The notes: generated by a model not told the origin, from the letters alone. 64,000 nt of DNA from Lama glama (GCA_028534125.1 CM052816.1:46688001-46752000), one strand, 5' to 3'. Shown: positions 1 through 12,277, counted from the stretch's first letter. A program made the numbers and translations.

Positions 1-669
1 GGAGATAGAGGCACGCAATAAAGAGCTATTATTGATTTTTAAAACTGCAGCTGGGTGAGTGGAGCATGCCAGAGTGAAAGGAGGACCAGCTGAAGGTGAG
101 TGGAGGGAAGATGGTGATACAAAGACAAGCTTCAGCAACCTTACCATTTTGCCTGCACCACACCCATAATCTTGATTACAAAGGACTTAAAAATTCAGAT
201 TTAATAGAAAGCCACTAATTCTATACATTTATGCTAAGGTTCCATAAATTTAAGTGTGAGATATGTAATCAATAAGCAATTGAGAAGATGTCTGATATAG
301 TTAAAAAATAAAATTTTGGTGCCTTATTCTGGGCAAATAAAATTATTTTCATAAGCCTGATCAAATCGAGTATGAATACAAAAAAAGATTCTCTGAAAAG
401 TTTATATAAAATACTGACAAGGATATTAGAAATTGGACACCCCAAAGTGCAAGGCCCTTCGGTATAATGCATATTGGTTTGATCAACATATTGTCATAAA
501 TGTTTTATATTTATTTCAAATATGAAATGCTTTTATGAAATAAAACTACTTTGAAGCATGAAAGCTGATAGAAAAGAAAATATCGTCTAAAATTTTGTTA
601 GATGACTGATGTTGAGATGTTTTTCAGGAATATGGGATAGCCCTTGAAAGTGAAATAGTATAATGATAG

Positions 670-860
670 CTAACTATATTGAACGTTTTCTACATGCCAG
701 GCACTAAATGGCTATACAAGTACAATTCACATCTTCTTGTTAGCAAAATCATCATCCTGGGGAGGTCCCACAACTTTCCCCACTTTACAATGAGGATATT
801 TAGAGAATAAAGGTTAAATGATTACTAAGTGTTTGAGCCTGGATTCTAATCCGGGATCTC
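670..860 (-). mobile_element. MIR SINE fragment
   Basis: ATTGAACG...TGCCAGGCACT...CCCCACTTTACAATGAGGA...AGGTTAAATGA resembles the reverse-strand MIR core. Confidence 0.55.
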
Positions 861-1449
861 TATTTACCCTTTCACTCTGGCTTTATCCTGTTGTACATTG
901 TCTGAAAAGGTATTTCCCACAATGTTCATACATGATATATAACTTTTCATTAATGAAACTGACTTCTCAAAAAAATGAGCAGAACTTTTGAGTGTTAGTT
1001 GCCAAAATGTCTCCTTAAAGGCTACACATTTATATCAGGGACATCCTTGAAATTCCCAACTTGTATCTGCGATTAGTGTCAATTTATGAAGCAGATATCC
1101 AATAATCTGCTGCTTTATAATCATATCATAGTTTCCATCAAGCACTTTGTTCATGACATTTGGTTTGGATTTAGTTTCAGTAACAAATTCATCCTTAATG
1201 ATAATGACTTGCCAACAGACTGTTAAGATTGCAGAGTAAACGCCTAAGGACATTTCTGTAGAAACTTAAATGCAAGGACACCATTACTGAAATAAGCAAA
1301 GAGCTTCCTAAAGTGTGAGCCTTGAAGAGGTTGACACACGGTTAGACACATATTTATGAAATATTTTCTGGCTGGGAAAAAAATATCGATTATATCATTT
1401 CCTGCTCTCATCATCCCTATAAGTGAGCAAAGTTTATGAGTATAAGGAA

Positions 1450-1710
1450 GCCGCATAGCATCGTAGCTAAGGGCGTCTACTGGAAACAAATCAACATGGT
1501 TTCACATCCTTTGTCTGACACTTATGAGCTATGTGACCTGGGGCAGGTACTATTACCCCTCTAAGCTTTAGTTTTTAAAATCTGTAAGATGGGGAGAATG
1601 GTAGTACCTATCAGAAAGGCTGTTGCTTAGGTAAAAGGAAGTAAAGTTTACAAAGCAATTAATACAGTATTAATCCAATACTGACAAATAGTGAGTGGCC
1701 ATTAAATGTT
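1450..1710 (+). mobile_element. MIR SINE
   Basis: AGCTATGTGACCTGGGGCAGGT...CTCTAAGCTTTAGTTT...ATCTGTAAGATGGGGAGAAT...GTACCTA (MIR core). Confidence 0.75.
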
Positions 1711-3189
1711 ATGCATTTTGAACTTACTTATTTTAACCCACATTCTAATAAGGTAGTATTATTTTTGCACATATACTACAAATCTTTGTATTACCAATAT
1801 GAATATTATTGATACAGAAATATTTAACTACAAATTTATTTTAGAAACCTTTTATAAGAGATCAGACCTTTTTTGGTTTGGATCTTTGACTCAATGAACT
1901 AGTATTCACTGGTAAAATAAACTGATTTTAATCATGGACTTAAATTTTAAAGTTTTATTGCATTTTACTTTTAATTCTCATCATATTCCAAAATAATTTA
2001 GACAGACTTCATCCCAAACAATGAAAATTAATTCTCTCTCTTTCTGGTAAATTAGAATATAGATATAATTATGTTATCTCATTGTTTTTAAATCTGGTGA
2101 GTATTGGAAACATATAAATCCATGCATGATATTGCTTTGAAAAAATACAATTTTATATTGTTTGGTTTGGTTTAAAATTTTAAGTTATAAATAAAATATT
2201 TTAGAAATAAATGTGTACATTCTCAGCTAAGTAAAGTACCATGATTTGGAAAATTACCTAGATGGAGAGGATTGGTGATGTGGTAGCTTTATTCTCTCCT
2301 TTCCAGATTCTTTGTCTTGGTGTTCCTAATGAGAAGAGTTTGCATGAATGCCAGATGTAAATTGCTTAATAATGTTTTTGAGTCTGTTTTTTCCTGTAGC
2401 ACATACTTACACCCATCATGAAATCACAAGGAATCACACACATCCCAAGTGGGACTTTATTCAAACCAAAAATGCAAAATGCTATGGTTTCTGTTTTTCA
2501 AGAAGTGGCAAACAGTCCCTGAGACATAGCTCTACTGCTGATCATGCGTCCAACAGAGAACTACTTCTAGGTCCCTCTTGGACAGAATGCTCCATTAGGC
2601 ATTCCACGGGCTCCCCCTTCCCAGCAGGCCTCTGCCCAGCCCCGTTGCCATAGATGGCCATCAGACATTTGGAATGACATCAGGAGATAATCTGAGCAGG
2701 CTCTGCCCAAAAGAATTCAAGCTAGCGGGAGACTGAAGATATCAATGTCTTCTTGGCTGACAACAGCATTCCAAAGGTCAAGCAGGGTGAAAAGAGGATA
2801 GATGGAGTTTCCAGTGCCTTTTCAACAACCAAGCAGCTAACAAGTATAAGGAAGCATCCCTCAGGGAGAGAATAAACAAATAAATACAGACAAAAGAAGC
2901 CCAAAAGTATCCCAGAGGCACCATCTTGTGAGAGGGAAATAAGGCAGCAGACAGCCATTGAGTCAGGAAATTTTAGGATTAAGGAAACCTCTATCTCTTA
3001 AAGGTAAAACTCACAAATAGCTCTCATGCAGAACGAATCTCTACCTCTCTGACAATCTACTTCTCCGACTTCTACGGTGATAGCCCACTATGGAACTTAA
3101 CGGTGTAGAAGTACAACTCCTCGCAGGAGAGCAGAAATGGCTAACCTTCACTGCAGCTGACCGCTTTCCCACCTCTGGGCTTCACACTG

Positions 3190-3320
3190 AACAGCTCATT
3201 TAATCCTCATAACAAAGTTTTGAAGGTAGCACTTTATGTTCCACATTTTATTCATGAGGAAACGGAGGCAAAGGGAGGTTCGGTAACTCGTGTGTAATCA
3301 TACAGTTACCATGGGATAGA
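3190..3320 (-). mobile_element. MIR SINE fragment
   Basis: CTCATTTAATCCTCATAACAA...CATTTTATTCATGAGGAAACGGAGGCA...GAGGTT. Confidence 0.7.
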
Positions 3321-4617
3321 GCCAACTGGCTTTTGGCCACATAGAGCCTCCCTAGTCAGGCTAGCGTTTTAGGTAGTCAGCTGTGGAAATATGTCCATGC
3401 TTCTAATACATATGAAAGCACTTGAAGAATTTCAAAGATTTTCTCTTTGGTTATCAGATTTCAGGGAGAATGGGAAGAACGCTTTCTACCATGAACCACA
3501 TACAAATGGTAAATTAATAAGAGAAATAAAGATAATAATTCAAATATGCATCAGCTCAGGAGAAATTCAAGCTTTAAAAATCATTTTGTTTTAAAAGTAT
3601 CATTCATAAGTACTCTTATCTGAACACTTAGTGGTCCTTCACTAAGGGTTAACTTAAAAGCTAATTATCATAAACTCCCAGAATTAACACCAATATATCA
3701 CTTCCAAATAACAATAAGAAACACAGGGGATAGTCATGGCAAAATCAACCAACCAACCAAAGCACTGAAGTTAGAAAGTTTGTGCTTTGTTTCTAAATGT
3801 GTATAATATGTTCTGTTGCCTTACATGCCTCGAATAGTGTAATTTGCAATTACGCTTTGTTCATGTTATTAACGTTTCTGGTCAAATTCCACCCCAGTGA
3901 TATCACTCTAAGACATAATCAATGTATCTGATACTATCGTCATCAAATTTGAGGAAGATTACGCTTTGTTAACAATTTTCACCTTATGTAACACCCTTCC
4001 TCTCTGACCTTAAGAGTGCAGTTAGCTGTTATTTTAAAAGGATAATTCCATTTCCTCAGAATTTTTTTTAGTACAAGTAAGCACAATGTTATGCCAATTA
4101 GTCTTTTTAAAAAGGCATTCTATGAATCTATGACATTACCAATAATACATTTTCAGTTTGGGAAACAGTGTTATTCCCCATACACCTTATTCTTTATTAA
4201 ATGGAATTTCTCCCTGAAAGAATACTTAGAGATATTTTCTCTTCTAAGAGTACTTTTCTCTGAAATCTTCTGTCAGGTCACCTTTCTTTACAGTTAATTT
4301 GCCTTGCCAACCCCCAGCCACTGCCCAGGTCTGGCACAAAGAGTACAATACCCTGTCAGGTGACCTTACCTTCTTTCCAAATTTATGGCATGATTTGGGT
4401 TGCATCTATTAACTTCCCTTTTTTTGGTAAAAAATTAGTTGCGGTGTTAAGTGTTCCCTGAGACCTCTTTCAGCAGGAAGATACCAAAATTCTGACTTTA
4501 AAACCTTCCACATTACTACCAAGAAATACAAATGCAAAGAGGGTCCTAAAATTTGACCGGTATCATAAAACCAGTTATTCCTTTCTTTCTTTAACCAACA
4601 TTCATTTAAAACTCTTG

Positions 4618-4816
4618 CAGCACATTCTGACAGAACTTTATGCAATGATGGAAACTTTCAACATCTAACAGTCAAATAAAGGTAGCCACTAGCCACCTGT
4701 AGCTACTGGGCACTTTAAAAGTGGCTAGTGTACCTGAGGGACTGATTTTAAATTTTATTTAATTTTAATTAACTTAAAGAACCACATACGGTCAGGGGCT
4801 ACCACACTGGTAGCAG
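4618..4816 (+). mobile_element. MER3-like hAT-Charlie non-autonomous DNA transposon
   Basis: AGAACTTT...ATGATGGAAA...GGTAGCCACTAGCCAC...GTGGCTAGTG...TTTTATTTAATTTTAATTAA...GGCTACC follows the MER3 consensus as I recall it. Confidence 0.8.
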
Positions 4817-5124
4817 TTCATAGCTTCAAGAACACGACAATACAAACATTTTACCCTTTTGATTTATTCAGCACGTACTCTATCATGCCTTCCGAGCACT
4901 GATCCTCCCACCACGTTTTCGCTTCATAGAACTCCACAGACAGATCAAAAAACAGCACAGGCATTTCCATTTCGTGATGATAATTTTGCAAGAGATCCCA
5001 GAACTGTTCTTATGTGCTAACAAATACAGAGGCTTGGAAGGGGAAAGGAACTTTTTGATTTTTTTTTTCCTGTGTTTTCTCCCCAGTACCCCGTTTCTCC
5101 TTGTAGTTTGTGGCCTTCCTCTAG

Positions 5125-6180
5125 CCAGAGCGCGCCCATCTCCAGCGGGGCACCTTAACTACTAGACTTTGTTGCTAGTTTTTTGAAATAACCCTGTGGA
5201 CCCTGAGGGAGTTTGGACTTTAAAAAGACCCAGTTCGGGGACCCTGTCCTTTCCTATAGGTCGGCCAGGTGACAAGGCAGGCCGGCTGGCGCGGGACCTG
5301 CGCGAGGCCCCGTCGCTCTCCCAGGCTTGCAAAACGCTCGGAGCCCTCAGGGCAGCCCGTGCGGCCGGACGCAGACCGCGCGCCAGCGCTTTGTGCACGT
5401 GCGTGGGTGGGCTCGCTCCGTGCGTCGCTCGGCGTCGCTCCGCGCGCCCCTCCAGATCTGTGGGGTCCTCTTTCGTCAGCTGAGGGTAAATATCCCCAAG
5501 TTCCCCAAACCACACCAGCAGGGCAAGTCCCCCGACACCGCCCCCGCCCGTTACGGAAGCCCACCCACCGCCGCTGGCCCCTTCTCCATCCGTACCCCCC
5601 CCCAGCCCGCCACGCGGCCTCTTCGCCCAGCAACCGGCCGTGTTCCCCCAAGCCGTGACTTCCCGGCTCTGGACACCACCCGGCACACGCCCGGCCGAGA
5701 CAGCGCGGCCTCCCCTCCACGCGCCCAGGCCCAGCAGCCCCCCGAAGGGCCCCGAGCCCGCCTCCTCCTCGCCCGTGGCGCTCGCACGTGGCGCACTCAC
5801 CCCCTAGAGCTGCCTCCGAGCTTTAGAAACGCTCCGGGGAGGGAGCCCCCGCCCCCTCAGCTCCGTCCGCGCGGGAAAGTGGGTTGGGGGAGACCGACCC
5901 AGAGAAGAATGTGTAGGTACCGAGAGCTGTGTTAGAGGGGAGGGCCGGCAATAATTGGCTGGCTCGGCGGCTGTTGCGCCTCTGCTGAACGCCTAGCCAG
6001 CGAGGATTCACTTTCCACACAAATCAACCTGAGGGATTGCTGCTGCCTACAGTCAATAACTGTGAGCTGCTGAAACCGGAGGCGTTCCCGGGTCTGGGTC
6101 TTTAAAGGGGGCTGTCCGGACAGAATCCCAGCCTTCTGCTTCCCAGACAAAGAAGTGGGCACCAAAACGCAGGGTGACAT
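5125..6180. promoter_or_regulatory. Upstream CpG island, likely an alternative or antisense (MEF2C-AS1-like) promoter
   Basis: About 1 kb of very GC- and CpG-rich sequence with GC boxes (CCGCCCCCGCCC ~5538, CCCCGCCCC ~5847), ATTGG at ~5954 and a minus-strand donor GGG|GTGAGT at 5803-5795. The link to an antisense lncRNA is inferred from recalled human annotation. Confidence 0.7.
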
Positions 6181-7682
6181 TTTTCACCCCTACACCCACC
6201 CCTCTGAGTAAGGATCTTTTAAAATTAAAGGGCACACGCACACATAGAGGTATCTAGAAAAAATAGTTAAAAGGGGAAGTGTGAAAGTTCAATCTTTGAA
6301 TTGAAGGTTCCTATGATATTTCAAGAAATGGAATAGAATCAATGTTCCGATGAATATTTAACAATTTTGTAAGTAAAAAGTAAAGTCCATGAAATGTGGC
6401 CATACATGTGGATACTTTTTAAAGAACTATACATTTGCAGGCAAATTAGTGATCAAGCCTTATTTGGGCATATTGATCCAGGAAAAGGAAGAAATGTATC
6501 ATAATTTGTAGTGGCATTTTTAAAAGCCTTAACACCTATCAGACATTATTTCATGATGATTGCATTTCTGTACGATGAAAAGGCCCTGGGAGATGTGTAT
6601 TATGATGCCTACTTAATAGACTATAAAACCAAGCCGAGCTGGGAGAAAGGATTTACCAGGTGACCTGGTACTGACTCCCAAGTTGAGACTAACTCACTGT
6701 GGGCCTGAATCTGAAAGACAAAACTCAGCTAACACCCTTAAAATAAAAGTGACCAAAATTCTTCATTTCTCCTTGACTGTGAAGCAACTTAAAAATAAAA
6801 ATAAATCTTAAGGATGACAACCCCAAAATAGAGGCTTTATAAATCTTAATGACTCTTGACTATGAAAAGTCTTCCTGCTAATACAAATGGGAAATAGATA
6901 TTGACCATTATGGTCTGATATGTGTCAAGGCTGGGAGGACTAGACCCGTTCTAAAGCCAAAGAAAAGTTCATTTGTGTGCTCAAAGTCATTGAAAGCTGG
7001 TTTTAAACAGAGGCTAACACACAGGAGCACTTGTCTGTGCTCAGCACAGTAAAACACGGCTTGGAAGGATAAGGTATTATTGGTAATAGAATTCATTAAC
7101 CGTACTGAATTCACATAACTAATCCCAAAGTATTTAAAGTTGGCCTTTAGGCAACATATAAAATAAGCCCTTTCAGCAACTTCAGTTGAAACTTCAGTAT
7201 CCCAACTTGACAAATTTTATTAGCTTGGGATATGATGAATTTGACTTTCTTCCTTGTAATTCTTCATCAGATATTAAAATAAAGGTACAAAAATAAAGAT
7301 AAATATAAGAGCTTTAGATACGAGCTAAAGGATGTGATTAAACCTTGGCTTGTAATAACAAATCCTTCTTATATGGCAGATTCTCAGTCACAAACAGTCC
7401 ATGTGATGTACACTGTACATGGACTAAAGCTGAACCTAAAGAATTTTTGAAATTTAGATTTGCCATTATTTACTTTAAAGGTTTATAAGTATTATCACAA
7501 TTAATGATCATTTTAATTAATTTATATTTAATACCCATTTATTTGGTTTAAAATTAGAATTAACATTAATGGTACTTCAGATTAGAAGTTTTAGAAATAA
7601 ATTAATCTGAATGTATTTTAATATCAACATTCTTAAAAAAAGTTTTTTAATTATGTACCTTGTTGTACTTATGCATTTTAAG

Positions 7683-7773
7683 GTGCCAAAGAAGAGTTGC
7701 AAACTGTGAAGTAACTTCTATGAAGAGATGAAGTAAAGAATGGAAGGCAAATGACGGACTGTATGTGTATGTG
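7683..7773 (+). other. MEF2C: Internal non-coding 5'UTR exon of MEF2C used from a more upstream promoter
   Basis: Acceptor ...cattttaag|GTGCCAAAGAAG and donor GTG|GTAAGT at 7774. The purine-rich body resembles the leader of alternative MEF2C transcripts as I recall them. Confidence 0.72.
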
Positions 7774-10499
7774 GTAAGTGCTTAACATGTGTTATTATCA
7801 CCTACCACAAAGTTAATGCATAAAGGTGAAGCTGCCAAACTCTGTCATTAGGTATTTATAATGTAAACATGTATAAAAGTGATAAAATGTTGCATAACCA
7901 TTATGTACTTTATTATAGAGCAGTACCATACCATTTTGCTTAAAACTCGCATCACCTTTCAGGGCCTACCTTTGCAAATCTGTTTTACAAATAATCCATT
8001 TCAGGAAAACTTGTGTGAGTCATCTCTACTGTAACTATAAAAAGAGATAACATTTTTTTCTGCTATTGGAATTTGTGTCTTACTACTTTTTATATCTGAA
8101 CTTCTATGTTCAATTATCATGTGTGTGTTGAAAATATTCTAGCTGAAGAACAGATACTACTGTAGTTGAATAGTCTTGAGGGGTAGATTAATCTATAGAC
8201 TTCCTTCATTTTAGGGTGGGTTGCTGTGGCAACCTCCTCAGCTTACTTTAGAATAATTTTTTAAAGCTCACTTCAAGAGCTACACCCAGCGTGGGCCAAG
8301 CTTAAAAGCAGGCAGACCCAGTGCACAGTGTTTTAGTAGATTGCTGATTTGATGTAGTGAAGTAGTAAGGAGTGGAGGGTGGAGCAAGATGATATGCAGC
8401 CCCAAAGAGAAATTCGAAATTAGCTTTCCTTTCCCTAGAGTTAAAATTCTGAGGATCATGCTCTTTGTAACTTCTGTGGCACTTTAGTTAAAATATATTG
8501 CTAAACAATTTGGGGGGGGATAAGTTAATATATATTTACAGGTTTAATAAAGCACTCATGATACTTATTTAATGAAGGAAATACTTGGTGATTGGGAAGG
8601 AAAACAGAGCTGGTTTAAATCATCAGTAATATGATCATCAGTCCCAGACATCATTTTCTCTTACAGGAAGTGTTCTCCCCCACTTTTTTAACAGGATAGG
8701 CTACTAGCTTTCAATTGGCTTAAAGGGTATAAAAATTTTCTACTTTCCAGTCATAGAACTGGAATAGATTGGAGAATTCACTTAACATATAAGCAAATTG
8801 AAGCCCACAAAGGACACACTCATTAGTTAAGTTCTAAATGAACTAGGGAATCCAGGCCTCCTAACACCTAGTACAAGCTACTTCCTACACTGGAAAATAC
8901 TCTGATCCTAGCCAAGTACCATTAGGTGGCAAGGAACAGAATGATTTTGATTAAAAAAAAAAAGTTCAGAAGTATTTAAAGATGAACACAAAGCACATCT
9001 TGGATTAACCGCTTTGTAGATTACCAGTGAATAATTTTAAATCTCAGGTGACTTTCTATTGTGTATTTCTGCACAACCTCTTCTGTTCCACTTCGACTAT
9101 AAAGGCTCATAAGGAGGAAACTAATGCTAATATTAACTTAGGTCACATATAATTACGAAGCTAAATCTCCTGGGAGGAATATCTTATATTTTAAAAGGCC
9201 AACTGTGGTACATTCCAGATCTAAATTATTTTCAAATTATCCACAATGTGGGGTTATACATACCTTTAAATGCTTGTACTATAACTGATAATTATGGGCT
9301 TGTTATAATGTTTATTATTAAATAATTCTTTAGAATGTTGAAAGGTTAAATAGTTTCTTTTTGAAGGAAAAAAATCTAAAACTGAAATGTATTGTAGTAA
9401 ATAAAAATACTCTTTATTATCCATCAAAAATAGTACGGTTAAGAGTCATGTATTGAATATGTCTTTTTGCTCATGTAAAATAGACTGTTACAATTCATTA
9501 ATTTCACACATTATGGCAATAAACTTAAATGTTCCTGCAAATGATTTGCTTTGTCAGGACATCTGTGAATCTGGAAAAAATTAATTTCTTTTTTACCACA
9601 ATATATAGACATATCTTTAGTATTCAAAATGTTGATGCACCTTTAAATTTTTGGATTGTTTTTTAGAAGTTGTACCTTAAATGAAAACCTGATATAAATC
9701 ATCTGTGCCATATTATTAAAATGAATTCATGGTAATAGTAAACTCACCAGATGAAAAACAAAACAGGCAAACAAATATATTGTAGATACTAATCTTCAAG
9801 AAATAATGGTATTTCATATGGTTTTTGCTTTGTGACAGTTGGCCATGCTCTCCTATAATAATAATAGCAAAAGATTCATAATGTCTGGGCTGATAGTCAC
9901 AATGGTGATGAGCCAGAAGCCTGAAGATTATTCAGATCTAGTTGTACTGGCCTGAAAATCAACCTTCCCCTTGCAAGTGAAGCCTTCGGGCAGATGCTTA
10001 AATGTTGAGCCCATTCTTCTGAGAAACGCTACCCAGATTAAATAGCCCCTACAATGAAGCAGGAGCTGTTTGATTCACACTGCCCTCATGCATTAAAATA
10101 GTCTAGAGGCATAATGCAGAACTGAACAGGAAATGCAACTAGTCATTGAGTTAAACACATAGTGCTGAAAGAATTTTTTTTAAGTGAGGAAATATCTTTA
10201 ATTAGCTAGATATTCCAGTATACTCGTATTGTCTGCACTTGTACAGTCAATATTTTTATTTCCCCAGTGTATTTTCTCTTCTTCCTTTCACAACATTAAA
10301 AATTTTAAATTTAGTTTAAATATTTTATATAATCTATAGTTCTACTGGCATGTAATCTTATTTTTTTCGTGGCTTGTTTACTAGTTGTTATATTTTATCT
10401 TTGGCTTTACTGGGCGTGGTGTAATTGGCTAGGGAGGGGAGGGGCTCAATCCCTAGTAGCCTTTCTTAAATCTTGACTATTAACCTTTTTTTGTAAGGA

Positions 10500-10700
10500 A
10501 AAGTATTTACTGTTCTTAAACCTTAGCATAAGTATCTTCCTTATCAGTCTCTATTGCTGCTTCCTGTGCAGCTGAAACTCTTCAGGATAAGTGAAGTCAT
10601 CGGCTATCGGATAGGGAAGCCTAATGCATTTGGGAAGTTGGTTTGGTTTACATGTTAATGCCTTGGATAAAATCCAGTAAGGTGTGGAAGAGATATTGTG
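10500..10700. promoter_or_regulatory. Probable ortholog of the Mef2c anterior heart field (AHF) enhancer
   Basis: Ordered motifs: GATA CTTATCA (10540-10546), GATAAG (10586), CTATC/GGATAG (10604-10614), ISL1-type CTAATG (10621-10626), forkhead-like GTTTACA (10646-10652), TTAATG (10655-10660), GGATAA (10665-10670). Order and flanks match my memory of the mouse enhancer sites, and it lies between two non-coding exons. Confidence 0.72.
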
Positions 10701-10869
10701 GGAGGAGGGAGGGGAAACTCTCCGAATAAGCTGCTGCCCGGGGAAATATTTCCAACCTGATTAGAAAGTTCATGGCCCCAAGATGAAGTCGAGATTTCAT
10801 ATACTGGTAATTCTTTTATTATTTTATACATTACTAACACTTGAAAAGCATTTCGGTTCACTTTCTTGC

Positions 10870-12150
10870 CCTCCAACCTCTCAGGGCCGAAAACCGCGTA
10901 TTTTGAAGGGAAGGCGCGCTGGAATCGAGTGCTGCGGACACCGTAGTCTGGGGGTTTTAAGCGTGAATAACGGAGGAGCGCTCGGACGGGTGGAAGAATG
11001 AAGTGGTTAACGCGTCTCCAAACGCGGGGGAAAGTCATAAGAGCAACTGTTAGGGTCGCGCTCCTATTGGTCAGAGGAAAGATCCCGACTTTAGAAGGAC
11101 TTTCCTGCTGGCTGGCTCGCAGCGTCCCCAGGGAGCGAGCGCGCCGCAGCCGAAGACTCGGTCCTCCGAGCGTCCTCGGCGGCGGCGCCGGGAGAGAGCA
11201 GGCAGCCGCCGCTCGCGGTGTTGTCTTCATTTCGAGCAATAAAGAATTGTCATTAGGTGTGCGTATGGCATTACCCCACCGTAAAACTAAAATTAGCAAA
11301 ATGTCAGGAATGGAAAGATTGATTCACCAAGATGCAATTATCATTTAAAAGTGCTTGATTGAGGTACTGATGTTCAGTGATTTATTCTGCATACCATATA
11401 CATAATTAAAGCAGTGTAGTGGAGTAATTTATCAATCTAGTTGAGACTGGAGGGGTGAGGAAGGAACTGCTGTATGTTTGTTTTATTAAAATGCTCCGAG
11501 GTCTAGTCCCGCCCCCCTTTTGCAAGAGTGAAACTGATGATTTCTCCAGCCCTCGAGGAGAGTCAACGGTTTGGGATTGTGAGGGAGATTGGAAAAGGCA
11601 GCGCGAGGCAAAGGCAAGGACAAAATAAAATAAAGGAAAAGAAGGCAAGAGGCACTTCATGGGACTTGCTGCTTAGAACCCCCAGCCGTGTGCTCCGTTT
11701 TCTCTACCACCCCCGCCTCCCCTCCCAATATCCTTCCACTCCCCCCGCCCCCCGCCTTTTTTACGCGATGTTTCAAAGGCTGTGAGCGGCTCTCCTTTTC
11801 CCATTCGTCTTCTGTCACTTCCTTCCTGGACGCAGTTTTCTGGACGAGTCTGGTTACTTTTAATCCGGCGGGCCGCTGAGAGCCACTTTCTCCTCCTCCT
11901 CCTCTTCCCCTTCCTCCTCCTCCTGCTGCTGCTGCTGCTGCTGCTGCTCCGAGCGGCCTCGGCGCGCGCGAATGCGCGGCCCCGAGCGCGCCTCCCCCGC
12001 GCGCGCTCCTTCCGCGCGCGCGCACACACATCGTCTCCAGCTCTCTGCTTGCTCTGCTCGCAGTCAGACACTTGAGCACACGCGTACACCCAGACATCTT
12101 CGGGCTGCTATTGGATTGACTTTGAAGGTTCTGTGTGGGTCGCCGAGGCT
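10870..12150. promoter_or_regulatory. CpG island / TATA-less main MEF2C promoter, probably bidirectional
   Basis: High CpG density against AT-rich flanks. GC boxes (CCCGCCCCC at ~11508 and 11744-11755), CCAAT/ATTGG motifs (~11066, 11589, 11725) and a double ETS core CACTTCCTTCCTG (~11816-11828). Confidence 0.85.
11889..11948 (+). repeat. Compound trinucleotide tract: CTC/TCC runs followed by (CTG)8
   Basis: (CTG)8 at 11923-11946, preceded by interrupted TCC repeats. Confidence 0.95.
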
Positions 12151-12277
12151 GCATGTTTGAATCAGGTGGAGAAGCACTTCAAGGCTGGACGAAGTAAAGA
12201 TTCTTGTTATTTTTTTCTCTCTCTCTCTTAAGAAAGGAAAATATCCCAAGGACTAATCTGATCGGTTCTTCCTTCAT
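12030..12277 (+). other. MEF2C: MEF2C non-coding first exon from the main CpG-island promoter (start approximate)
   Basis: Ends ...GGAAAATATCCCAAGGACTAATCTGATCGGTTCTTCCTTCAT|GTAAGT, a consensus donor at 12278. The sequence matches my recollection of the MEF2C mRNA leader. The TSS cannot be fixed from sequence. Confidence 0.85.

Noticed and set aside
3849..3970. 13-mer ATTACGCTTTGTT repeated 109 bp apart
   Set aside because: Only two copies with unrelated flanks; not an array.
5162..5935. Overlapping long ORFs (212, 202, 166 and 129 aa) on both strands
   Set aside because: Low-complexity Pro/Arg/Gly/Ala translations, typical of stop-poor CpG islands; no recognisable domain.
7396..7425. 9-bp inverted repeat AGTCCATGT...ACATGGACT
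   Set aside because: Too short for a pre-miRNA and plausible by chance.
10655..12160. ORFs of 214, 165, 138 and 116 aa with poly-Ala, poly-Ser or poly-Leu runs
   Set aside because: They overlap the promoter island, and the homopolymers are just the CTG/CTC repeat read in different frames.
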